The notes under the pieces: generated by a model
Told to the model about the DNA's origin: nothing
Seen by the model: only the letters and a program-made list of their open reading frames with translations
The model's database searches: none
Translations under genes and position numbers: made by a program
NCBI RefSeq assembly: GCF_964204645.1
Contig: NC_134032.1
Span: 11,582,275 to 11,646,274, forward strand
Source: Tubulanus polymorphus
Lineage: Eukaryota; Animalia; Nemertea
Reading direction: 5' to 3'
DNA length: 64,000 nucleotides
In this document: one piece after another, positions 52,901 through 64,000 of the stretch
Position numbering within the stretch: the stretch's first letter is position 1
Layout of the letters: each line of letters starts with the position of its first letter

Positions 52901-53168
52901 GTTATCGAAGCCGGAGAAGGGGAACTGGTGATTGCCAGGCGCCCGACCCACGATGAACGCACAGCTGCCGATTATCTCCCGTGTAAATTCTGTATGGCGT
53001 TCTACGTAAGAGCCGCCTTGTGCATACACGTGCCGAGGTGTGCCATGAAACCGTCCAACGCCGAATGTTCGAATTATTTGCGTAATGGAATGCGCATGTT
53101 GATGCCATATCTAAAAGTCAGTGAAAAGATGCAACGTCAGGACATAGTAGTTTACAGCCGGGAAAAAG
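52901..53168 (+). CDS. Exon 3 of cassette: GEGELVIARRP..DYLPCKFC..FY..H..C (CCHC) module
   Basis: gattttag|GTT ATC (phase 0); likely donor AAA G|gtacac (weak, phase 1). Confidence 0.7.
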
Positions 53169-53475
53169 GTACACTATCAGTCAAGGAATTGAATACATAT
53201 AGTATTACTGCAGGGGCGATATAGGAAAATCGAAAGGCCGGATTCCAGAAGATAAGAAAAGGCACATCTCAGATAAAACAGCCATTAATGAGATCACTCC
53301 CTCGGTATTAGATATTTCTCGAAAGATATACCCAAAAATATACCCATTTATGGAAGAAACAAGTGCAAAATTTAGAGGTTTTCATGACCTTCGTTGTAAC
53401 AAAAAGGGCAATTTCTATCGAAAGGCAGGTATCGCGACCCTATGACCTATCCCTTAGTGACCAACCCGAGAGTGA

Positions 53476-53667
53476 CATTTTACCCTCTTCAGGCATAGCG
53501 CAAGTGATTAAATTTTCATATCATACTGGTATTTATATAAAATAAGACAAAGCTAATTGCAAACATATATATTTCATTTTATATAAATACCAGTATGATA
53601 TGAAAATTTAATTACTTGCGCTATGCCTGAAGAGGGGATAATGTAGCTCCTGAAAACGTTTGCTAGA
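53476..53667. repeat. Inverted repeat (~65-bp arms) ending in a Penelope-type minimal hammerhead-like motif
   Basis: ccctcttcaggcatagcgcaagt.. / ..acttgcgctatgcctgaagaggg; then ctgaaga-gggg..ctcct-gaaa-acgttt..aataaa. Confidence 0.6.
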
Positions 53668-53788
53668 ATAAATTGATATACTCATTAGAAAATGAGATTT
53701 GTACTGTTTTTGCTTCTATGGATTTTCAACTATTTGAACTCTCTACCAAAGATTTATTCGATATCAATCTCGTGTTTTATCTTTTCAG

Positions 53789-54030
53789 TAAAATGTGTCC
53801 ATCGAAAAAAGGTCCGTCACGCGATGTTGAGAAGAAAAATCCTGCGACGAAGATGGACGCAAATGGAAAACGACGCGTTCTGTCGAATTCTCAAAGATAA
53901 AATTCAAAATCAAACGATGCCCTCATTCGAAACGTTGAATAGCGTCGCCAAGGCGATCGGTGGTTCTAGGACTATAGCGCAAATTCGAACGAAACTGCAC
54001 AATGTTATATCCGGGAAGTTAAAACTGTAG
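53789..54030 (+). CDS. Terminal exon of cassette, Myb/SANT-like helical domain
   Basis: cttttcag|TA AAA (phase 1); RRRWTQMENDAF...RTIAQIRTKLHN. Confidence 0.7.
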
Positions 54031-56340
54031 TCACAAAAAGGTATAGTAGACAGTATGTTACCAGTAACTGGGTTCGCACTAGTCCTGAATCCAGCAGATG
54101 TTTATGGAAATAAGTAACCACAGTTTCGGGACTTTAGTATCTGGTCTAAAGCGATGAAAAAGGTATGGAGTTTCAGAGATGTGGTACCTTTTCAGTATAC
54201 AGTCAACTGCCGGTTGTCTGCCCTCCATTTATCCACCACTCCCCAGGCGCGTTGGAAGTTATTTTTGATTAGTGTTTATGACTTTGTTAACTACGATATT
54301 TTGTTAGTGATTTTATGTTTGTTATTTCAATCATCATGCATTTATTGTCGCGTACGGAATATATAGACGTCCGATGCGCGAGTAATGTTTCAATCTGAAA
54401 GAAAGGCGTAGGTTGCGCGCGTGAAACGCGTTCGAACCAAATGAGAAACCGTTGAATCGTTCAAGCTGTTAGTGACCTTTTAATCATGAAGAAAACTGTA
54501 AATGGCACAAATCACTGGTTCATAAAGATGATAAACCATGATTATGAAGCCAAGGTATGAGTAAAGTTTCATACTCGAAAGCGAATTATAAACTGTACAC
54601 TTAACACTTTCGTGATTTTCGATTTTCATTCCAGAGATAATTGAGTTAATTGGTTATGATCCGACTAGATATAGAACTTGAGAGTAATCTTGTAGATTTA
54701 GCCAGTAAAACACCAATACCATGAATTGCGAGGCCTGTAAAAGTGGTTAATTGTTAATATGTTATGAAAGGATTGTTTTTGCTGAAGTTTTGAAAATAAA
54801 GAATAAAAAGCATTATATTCTATGTTCTAAAGTTCTATTTATTTTCGGCTGCTGAATTTGGGAATAATTTCTCTCGTTGATTTCGAGGATCGGGAAATGT
54901 ATCTCCTTGACTGATCTTGATCTTGACTCTATCTCGCTGCCGATGCGTTGACAAATTCCTGGACTAAATGATTGTGTTATTTTGTTAAGTGCTGGCAATG
55001 TGATCAAAATAAATTTCATTTCAAATCCTAAAACTCCTCATATGACCTTAAAACGTAAGTCTCATTGATAGGGGATGAGCGTGAAAATCGGGTATAACTT
55101 TAGAACAACCCGCGTGTAGACGGGGTAAATTTGTTGGAATAAAGGACATTTGAGTTTGGTTGGCGGCACTCAACCGTACCGTGGCGACATCTACGATTAG
55201 ACTGGTATCGCTCTTCTTGGTTAGAAGCTGAATGGGGCTAGCCCCACTTCAACGCCGTTTTCACGCTCAATTAAGCTTGCGAATTGATGATTTCAACTCG
55301 TAATCGGTACGTCAGTGTTGTCACTATAAGATGAACCGATTTAAATCTATTTTCACTGCTTGACTTGTAAATAAAACGATGTCATTAAACCACCCAGGAA
55401 GAAATTGAATGTAAAAAACAAGTGCTGCCATCTACCGTTGGCGTTGGCTTACCTTGAATTATTTAAAAATGTAATCTAGTAAAAGAAAGGCAAACTTTCG
55501 GTAATCTTGCCCCTTAGTTTAATGCATCGAACATTGATCCCTGCACTGTAGGCCTGTCATTGCATTATTGGTATGATCAATTCCATCAATCCAATGATTG
55601 ATGGATCAACTATATATAGAAACACTCACAAACATAAACAGCAACAAACAGATGAACCTTTTCTTTATTCAATTACACCACAGTAAGTGCATTATTAGGG
55701 AATTGCCTGCTGCACCTGTGACTGGTTGGGCAGGGTCCAACTGGATAAGGGTAACACATTCCTCTGTTGATGTGTGACTTACATGAATCGGGGTGTTAGT
55801 AGTAAATTCCAGCGCTGCACCTGGATTTCAACCAAGTCCATGGTTCTAATGCTAATTTACTAATCACTGGCACTAGTGACCAGTTATTGTTTGAAAGTTC
55901 TCTAATTGATGCTAATACTGCAATAGATTCTTATTAAACTCATTGCCATGATTTCCAAGTATGGTTATTCCACCAATTCATTCAGTGAATTGAAATAAGA
56001 TGATTATTTTGTGGGAATTATATCTTAGACAATACGCTCTATTTCACAAATCATAAATTAATGATGTAAAGATATTTTGAAATGATCTTAAGTGTTTTCT
56101 ATGCTATTGTTTCCAAAAATTGGTAAATTTAGGAAAATGGTTTTTGGGGTAAATAAGGGGTATTGAAATAGTAGGGATCCCCTGGCTATGAGGCATTGTT
56201 CTAGAAACATTAGGAAATTAAGTTAGAATTTGTGTTTCTCTTCTGATTTTAGGAACTTTTTATAAAACTGAACTCAAAGTTTCTGAAAGAATATTTTCAA
56301 ATTCAATTTTTCAGAAGTTAGATAGAGAAGTGACGTCAAA

Positions 56341-56488
56341 ATGTTGCTGTTGGAAGGTGTCGAGGTGCACGTACGCGAGGATGCATTTAAAAGTTGTCTG
56401 CGTCGACACATGGATTGGTTAGATGAATTAGTTATTGATGCTGATGATAATACCTGGTTTAGATGGATGTCTCGACGTCAAACTAAAG
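56341..56488 (+). CDS. Constant exon A, unit 6 (exon starts 56315)
   Basis: 49-aa peptide; donor G|gttcgt; 95-nt intron follows. Confidence 0.9.
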
Positions 56489-56583
56489 GTTCGTCCTTAA
56501 AAAATCCTTCCTCAAGTTCATATCAATTTCAGGTGCTCTAATGTTGAAAAGTTCTCGGTTACTAAATCATTGTCTTAATGCAG

Positions 56584-57771
56584 GTCAGAGAAGAGGACAA
56601 ATACATCAAATGTCAGGAGATGGAAACGCAATGTACATCGGCACAAATCAATCAAAAACCGGACAAAAAAGACGATTTGAAGTTCAAAGCAGAACAAAAA
56701 CCGTCGCTCAGAATGTATTAAAAGCTGTGAAACGTCGGAGAGGAGGTGCAGCTGTACAGGGGGCGCTACCGCAGCAACGAGTTCAATCACAAACAATGAC
56801 GGCTGTCGGGCAGCAACCGATCGGTCTGTTACCAGCTCAACAGAGAATGACGCCCAATCGAGGAGGTCGCGGAAGAGGAAGAGGACGAGGTTTACCTCCT
56901 CGTCACGTTTCACCGGCTATGAACATTCCTCCTATGAATATGGGAAACCAACCCGGAGTCCATCAAATATCACCGGCTAATAGTGTTCGCAATCTTAATA
57001 CGCAATTTCACCAACAACAACAGAGGACGCCACCTCGTCTTATTACACAGACAACACCCATTAAACCAGCTCCACCTGGTGGTGAATCGCCGAGAACACC
57101 GTTACAGTCGGGAATGGACTTGAAACCATCGGTTACCGACATCGTATCGCAGCAACAGTTAAATGTTGTGTCGTCGACGGCAACAGCTCCGGTCAGCTCG
57201 GCGTCAGCGGAAGCCGTCAATTTCTCCATTTTAGATTCGACCGGATGTGAAATTTTATCGAGTGCCGAAATCGAATCAACTTTAGAAAGTATTAAAAACG
57301 CCGAAGAGGAATCAGATGATTCTACGATTCCCGATGATTCAAATGTCGATGCAGTATCGACGAATAAAAACGAAACTAACGTTGAACAGCCGAGTGAAAG
57401 TGGATTATCGACACCCCCGCCCCCGGCTGTCTCCAGCTGCGATAACACGTTAGAACAATTAGAATCGATTGTAAATTCCGCTCCGTCATTCGAACAATTA
57501 GAAATGTCTAGCGGCGCCACCGGTGGCGAAAATATGGAGATTAAATACAATGAACAATTAACTGATTCTGCTGCCGATATCAACATGCTTCCATTACAAC
57601 TACAACCGTCGCATCACCAAGGTTACGGCAGCGTTAAGAATGAACCGATGAAAATAGAACCGGTTGAAATATCGTCAGGAAGCGACGATGATGAAGATTA
57701 TTCAACTCAACAAATCATGCAGCAACAACATGATCCACAACCGGGAACGAGTGGCGGCTTTAATCATTCAG
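56584..57771 (+). CDS. Constant exon B, unit 6, includes a unique RGGRGRGRGRG segment
   Basis: taatgcag|GT CAG ... tcaG|gtaggt, phase 1-1. Confidence 0.9.
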
Positions 57772-59266
57772 GTAGGTGTTAACTGCCATATTATCTTCAA
57801 TTATGCATTCATCTAGGGTCGATTTTTTTCAAAAACCACTCAGCTCTTTCAAATAAATAGCGCCTTCAATTCTTTAAGCCCTGCCTCCGAGTCTCCAGTT
57901 TATTTCGAATTTTGATTTAATGAGGTGTGGGAGCTAATCATATCTACTGACTCAAGTTGCGCTGATGCATTCAGTCTAAGTATGGACTTAGTGGGTTTAG
58001 ACCAGACTTAAGTAGGCGCTAAGAAAAATTTGGCGCAGTTTTTATAGCCCTCTCAATAATTTCGTTTAAGTTGGTGGGCTGCCCTGTGTAATGATGTGGT
58101 TCTTGAAATTTTGACCCCGCGTAGAATCAAGGTCCCGCAAACAACGAAGAAAAATTTTGGAATCATGTAAAAAAGTAATCTTTGCAATTATTGTTCTTTT
58201 TCAAAGTTCAACGGTACCTTGATTTTGCGTTGCGTAGTACGATAGATAATCTTGAAAATGTTGAAATTTTCCATGACCGAATGAAAAATTAATTACTTTT
58301 GAATGATTGATCGGTATTTCAAGGCCGAATCCAAATAACCAGTTGAAATAAAAAATCCCTGAAAATGTTCCGCTTCATGAAGATTTCAACGTTATTTTTT
58401 GAATTCAAGTTTGCTTAAATGTTGACAGTAAGTAGCCTTAGGTAAATATTCATAGGATTGAAAAATACGGCTTTTGATGAAATACGTAATCAGTTCGTGT
58501 CCTGAAAGTTCATTGGTCGCTTAGAATAGTTCGAATGTGAGCCAATCAGTACGCGGTTTACGGACGAAAACCGTGTCCGATGGTTACCTAGATTATGGCG
58601 TATTATACGGACCAATCAGAGAGCGTTAAACGGAATATTTCGGTTGTTAGTGAAGTCTGATTTTATTGACATGTTGGTTAGACTAGATGCACCGATCACT
58701 AGTCAGGTTTTTACGGTAAATGTGTAGAGGCGCGTTGCGGATGAACCAGTCGAGCGTAACATTTAAAGCATTGATCAATGGAGGGAACCAAGATGAACCA
58801 ATGGTGAACCAATGGCTTATACCGGCGTAGAGAACCTTGAAAAAATCTAATGTAACGGCGAGGACTGCTTTCTAATACTGGATAACTGAACATTGTCAAC
58901 AATGCGACCTGTTATCTCGCTTGATACCGGATGCGCCGGGTTTATTCTATTCATCGTCAAATTTCAGCTATTTGTCAACGATTTCTCAGTGACTCGCGGT
59001 CGATCAACCATTAAACACTGCCTACCCTTCTTTCGAGTTTATCTTAGTTTCGTATCTTACTTTCCCTGTCAACAGCTGCGGGAGGAACGCGCGAAAAGCG
59101 TTTTGAATAGGCGTCCTCTCCTCGATCGATGAGCTTCTAGTCATTTTGAAGTAATTTAACTTAAGTCAGGAAGAACTGTAGGAATATTTCTGTGGCCAAT
59201 ATTGTCCCTGACGCGACGAAATTCCTCTTCGAGATTCTTAAATTTAGTTCTCATCGCTTTTTGCAG

Positions 59267-59586
59267 GTTTGTTTCTCGCGACCGCGTTGTTCAATCCTCC
59301 GTCAGCCGAACTCGCGCCCGTCGGACAACATTCTCACAACGTCGATGGCGCCACTGCGTCGTCCCCTACGAGTCGAGGCGGCGTTACGAAATGGAAGCAT
59401 AAATGTCGTTTTTGCGATCGCGTTTGCGGCAGTAAATCGGATATCGCTCGACACGAGCGTATTCACACCGGCGAGCGACCGTTTCCGTGTCCGATGTGTA
59501 GCATGAGTTTTACTCTGAAAGGAAATCGTCGTCAGCACATGGAACGTATTCATAACTATAACAAAGCGTTCTTCAATGATATTTAA
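59267..59586 (+). CDS. Variable terminal exon, 2 fingers
   Basis: agttctcatcgctttttgcag|GT TTG, phase 1. Confidence 0.9.
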
Positions 59587-59612
59587 TGATGTTCCGACGA
59601 TCCTACCGGTGT

Positions 59613-59920
59613 CAAAAGCGAGGATCCACCAGGTGTCGTTATATTGTGCTGCATTCGTAGATTACTGCGGTATTTGACGATTCCACTTGTGGCAAGTGAT
59701 GATCCACCAGGTGTCGCTAGTGTGCAGTAGTCATAGATAACTGCAGCGTTCGGGAATTCCATTTGGGGCAAGTTAACATCCACCAGCAGGTGTGCTAGTG
59801 TGCGGTAGGACAATTCAATTACTATGGCAAGTGAACATCCACCAGGTGTTCTATTGTGATATAGGATTACGCAAATGCTGTGGCAAGTGAGGATCCACCA
59901 GGTGTCGCTCTGTTGTGCAG
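59613..59920. repeat. Five irregularly spaced copies of tggcaagtgaggatccaccaggtgtcgct (CTCF-like core)
   Basis: Copies near 59613, 59689, 59765, 59825, 59880; lone copy near 5108. Confidence 0.8.
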
Positions 59921-60339
59921 GAGTTTATATTTAGCTTGAGGATTAAAGTATGATTAGATGTCACCTCGCTCCCAAACTAGATGTTTTCATTTCGTGTTGG
60001 AAAGACTTAAGATTGTTTCTATGTTCAATACGCTATACATTTAGGGGCAGACCTTCTTAAATCGTCGACATCAAACTTTTCTACTTCTAAATGTTGGAAT
60101 CACTGATCGACATCAGTTAAAAGCAGTTTTTTACCAACTTGACAGTTATTATCGGTTGTGTTTATAGCTTCAAAATTTTAAATACATCGCTTTTTTAATA
60201 AACAGTGGTTTTGACATAGAAAACTTACTTTCGTTTATATTTCTGTTTCGACATCAGAATCTCGAGGGTTTGAATTGGGCGCGGAACCCCGTCCGATATC
60301 CGACCTATTCTTAAATTCAGTTCTCATCGCTTTTTGCAG

Positions 60340-60656
60340 GTTTGTTTTACGCCACTGCGTCGTTCGATTATGGCGCGTCTGCCGAACTCGCGACGGGCAG
60401 ACGACGTTCTCGCGTAAGTGGTGGCGCCGCTGTTGACGACGACACAAGCGAACCGACGAAATGGAAGCATAAATGTCGTTTTTGCGATAAACTCTGCAGC
60501 AGTAACGCGGATGTCGTTCGACACGAGCGTATTCACACCGGCGAACGACCGTTTCCCTGTCCGATGTGTAGCATGAGTTTTAATTTGAAAGGAAATCGTC
60601 GTCAGCACATGCAACGAATGCATAACTATAACAAAGCTTTATTCAGTGATATTTAA
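60340..60656 (+). CDS. Variable terminal exon, 2 fingers (paralog of 59267)
   Basis: agttctcatcgctttttgcag|GT TTG, phase 1. Confidence 0.9.
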
Positions 60657-60922
60657 CACAGTTCTGAATCGCACGGCGGTGTTCAGCGGTGGTGTGGCGC
60701 GGAGGCATCGAAACAGAGGTTTTTTCGTTTTGATTCGTAAATCGGCGCCCAGTTTTCTAAATCAATTATATCATTGGAAATGATCTTATTTCAACCCGGA
60801 ATTAGATCGTACTGGACTCGGTTTAAAAAAAAAATTTCCAACGGTTGAATGAAAATTTGTCGGTGGTGGTTGAAAAACTGAAATCATTTCTAATCCTCGG
60901 TTCTCATGGCTCTTCGTTGTAG

Positions 60923-61275
60923 GTGGCCTGGATTTCGGACATTGCGGTGATGCGTTGCCATGGGAACGCAGGATTACCGAACACGACGGAGCCGGGATGT
61001 TTATATCGCCCGACGACGAAATCCGACCGACGCTGCCGACGAGAACGAGCGCCTGGGCGTCGCGCGCGCGCGATAAGAAGTGTCGATTTTGCGACAAGTG
61101 TTTCCCGTCGCCGACGGAGACGCGGCGTCACGAGCGCGTGCACACCGGCGAACGTCCGTTTCGATGCCCGATGTGCGAGAAGTGTTTCAAACATAAGTAC
61201 GATCGCAAGAAACATCTTCGCGCCCTTCACAACTTCGATGAAAACGCGTGGGACAAAAGCTTAACTCTGATATAG
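60923..61275 (+). CDS. Variable terminal exon, 2 fingers
   Basis: ggttctcatggctcttcgttgtag|GT GGC, phase 1, in frame with ORF 60955. Confidence 0.9.
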
Positions 61276-61779
61276 TCTCAGGCAGGGGGCGTGTACGTCG
61301 TTCGGAACTGTGTTCGAAAAGTCCGAGATACATTTGAAATATTTCACGGTGGTTAAACATATCAGTTATCGGTTGCAGAATGGATAGTTTATAGAATAGA
61401 GGTTTCCGGGTCCTGATTTGACTATGTAGTGCCTTCTTCTGGCTGAATTTTGCAAAAATATGTCGCATTTCTATCTAAACTTTTTGTTTAGTGGTTATTT
61501 TCTTATTTTTTTATTAAAGAAAGACTCTCTAAAGAGCATTAATTAATTAATTTAAGGCAGTAATGATTGTTTTTTTGTTTTAGCTGCCTGTTTATGTAAA
61601 TCAAGGGCAACTTCTGAAAATTCGGGTTTCGTAATGCATTCGCTGCGAAAATCGAGATATCTCGAGTTTCACGGTTCAACCCCTGACAACCCTGCCTCCC
61701 TACCTCCACCCCCTACCCCATGTTTACTACTTACAATATTTAACTCTTACTGATATAAGTTTCCCTTGGCATTTTGCAG

Positions 61780-62120
61780 GTGAACTGAACCTAATGCCGA
61801 GGGAAATCTTCCAATACGACCTAAACTACCGACATTTGTTATACTCGGTCAACGCGAGCCTACCGTCGCCACCTGGCGGTAGTTATCATCATCACCATCA
61901 TCATCACCAGAAAGCGATGACTAGATGGCGCTCTTTGCCGTTGAAATACGACTGTCAGATATGTTTGAAAAAGTTTCGAACGCCGACGTTGTTGAAACGG
62001 CACATTCGCGTGCACACGGGCGAAAAGCCTCACCGATGTCAGGTGTGCGGGGAGGGCTTCGCCGAGCCGGCTAATTACAATCGGCACGTACGTAGAAAAC
62101 ATCCGCCATGGGGCAGTTAA
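61780..62120 (+). CDS. Variable terminal exon, poly-His plus 2 fingers
   Basis: attttgcag|GT GAA, phase 1, in frame with ORF 61794. Confidence 0.88.
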
Positions 62121-62648
62121 AATATCGGTGAGGAGGGATGCACAGTACTGTTCTCCATACGCTGTCTGCAGTTTTTTAAGAAATCTTAATTCAATTCTTA
62201 TGTTTATGATATGTCGTGGCTGCTGAAGTAGCGAGGCTTTCGATCCCTCGGAAAAAATACTGAAACTTAAGCTTAATTTAAGTGTCATTTTGCACATTAG
62301 CTCAATATATTTCAAAGCATTATCAGCATTGATAGAATATTGACATCCACGCCGGACGGGGCAGCAGATATTTCATAAGGGGTGGCTGTGAAAATGAAAG
62401 GGCTGGCCGACCTTCTAAAACCTGGAAAACATAGGAAAGGTTTGTGGAATTGTCAGGGGCAGTTGAAAACGTCAATGAATGCAGATTCCATCAGGGTATA
62501 TGGGAACAGGATATGAAAGGGTTAAAATTCAATAAGCATGCTATTTGAGACACAATCTGTAAATGGTCTATTATATTAATGCAGAATTTAAGAACACTCT
62601 TGATATTTTGTCAACTGTCAGTTATTTGTTGTTCGAGGCTGAAAAATG

Positions 62649-62842
62649 TGATACCTTGTTTCTCCTAATCGGCTGGGCCACTTTTCCATAGTGCAATAAA
62701 ATTTGTTATCAGTTCATTTCAATAGCTGCCAGGTGTTATGGTTAGATTGGTCATGATTCTTAAAAAGTTATGTACAGGATATATATGCAGCCAGCCGGGT
62801 CAACTTTTAAGCTCGGCAGAAATCATGAGAAACAAGGTATCA
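62649..62842. mobile_element. MITE family with tgataccttgtttctc TIRs (relatives near 3430, 6410-6580, 37785)
   Basis: tgataccttgtttctc / gagaaacaaggtatca. Confidence 0.7.
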
Positions 62843-63229
62843 ATTTTGTTATCCTTATATACGTATTATGAATACGTTTATGTTTATCTTAAAGAACAAA
62901 GTATAAATGAATAAAGTTATATTTAATAATCATAGAAATTATCGTTGTTGATTATTATTCTTTTTAATGCTCCGTAGACGGATTTAACGACGCAAAATGT
63001 TGTTTTTCATCGTAAATTCATGAATTTCAAGAGAACCACGGGATTGTGTGCGGGACTGGCCTGACCGGTGAGAACCATCAAGGGACTGACTGTATGACTA
63101 ATGCCTCGTAAACCAATTGAACACTGAAATATTTGCCTCAATTCTTGTTGCAACAATATTATCCCAGTTACCATGACTACACATGTAATGGACGAATTGT
63201 AATTGAGTTTTCCCATTACAATTTTGTAG

Positions 63230-63579
63230 GTGAAATCAAGTCCGGTGGCTCCACCTATTGGTCATCGTCTACATACGCGAATCGAGGAGGCTTTCGGTCG
63301 CCGCGTCAGAGTAACAGGGAATATCGCCCCGGCCAGGGGGGTGGTGGCGCTAGCGCAGCCGGAGCGGACGATCTGAGACGACATCAGTGCGAAATTTGCG
63401 ATAAACGATTCGCGTCGGCTTCGTTGTTGAAGATTCATCATCGCGTTCACACCGGCGAAAAACCGTACGTCTGCGCCGTCTGCCAGAAACGATTCACTCA
63501 AATCGGCAGCTTAAACGTTCACTTGAGAAAAGTGCACAACATACTGTACTGCGTGTCTGCGGACGGAGCTCGGAAATAG
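63230..63579 (+). CDS. Variable terminal exon, 2 fingers
   Basis: attttgtag|GT GAA, phase 1. Confidence 0.88.
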
Positions 63580-63683
63580 GAACTTAACATCTCAATCAGA
63601 CGGATCCCAGAAATAGGAACTTAATGTCTCAATCAGACAGAATCTGGAAGTATGAACTTTCCATCTCTATCAGACAGAAACCT
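63573..63683. repeat. 37-bp tandem repeat x3, overlapping the stop codon
   Basis: gaaataggaacttaacatctcaatcagacggatccca and two diverged copies. Confidence 0.8.
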
Positions 63684-64000
63684 GTGATAGGAGGTCGCTG
63701 CCCGACTAGCAGCTATCTCCCCATCTAGTCAACAAACCCTTTCAGAAATGATACTCTCTACAGGTCATCGGACATGAGACCCCCTACCAGTATTAATGCG
63801 CCCCAACTGGTCGGATGAACGTAGTGCACGTGATAGGAATAATATTCGAAGTGGAGTCGAAGCGCTGTTTCCAATCTGATGAGAATTTAAAAATTGACAT
63901 GACCATATGTTAGAAAATATCTGAATGAAATGGACTCATGATTTAGGAGATCGCATGACTTCAAATTGATATTCAAATTTATCAAATATTTGAAATAATT

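Noticed and set aside
58500-59130. CCAAT-rich, CpG-richer stretch as an internal promoter or extra exon
   Set aside because: Two ccaatcag motifs only; no convincing ORF, donor or paralog support
59613-59920. CRISPR-like repeat-spacer pattern
   Set aside because: Eukaryotic context, degenerate repeats, irregular and partly homologous spacers, no cas genes

Overview
AT-rich animal genomic DNA, probably an invertebrate; the taxon cannot be determined from the sequence. Almost the whole window is one tandemly duplicated C2H2 zinc-finger locus on the + strand. The ORF track is misleading, because most ORFs are exons rather than genes. Six repeated 'constant' units are present, each with a putative non-coding exon 1, an exon A encoding a nearly invariant 49-aa N-terminal peptide (MLLLEGVEVHVREDAFKSCLRRHMDWLDELVIDADDNTWFRWMSRRQTK), and an exon B encoding a disordered linker ending ...HDPQPGTS...G|gtaggt. 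Two extra exon B copies come from a local triplication. Each unit is followed by alternative terminal exons, about 28 in total including relics, that encode different C2H2 finger arrays. Every intact acceptor I checked is phase 1, matching the phase-1 donors of exons A and B. This is a lola/mod(mdg4)-like constant + variable 3' exon architecture, but with no recognisable BTB domain and with the constant part itself multiplied. One unit is followed by an unrelated four-exon Zn-binding/Myb-like cassette instead of C2H2 exons. A conserved motif just upstream of the variable acceptors is complementary to a sequence about 75-100 nt downstream of the exon B donor in some units (a candidate docking/selector pair). 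Introns hold many small transposons (Harbinger-, hAT5-, Tc1/pogo- and Helentron-like, a solo LTR, a LINE tail), several confirmed by paralogous empty sites in the window. All splice models are inferred from sequence alone.
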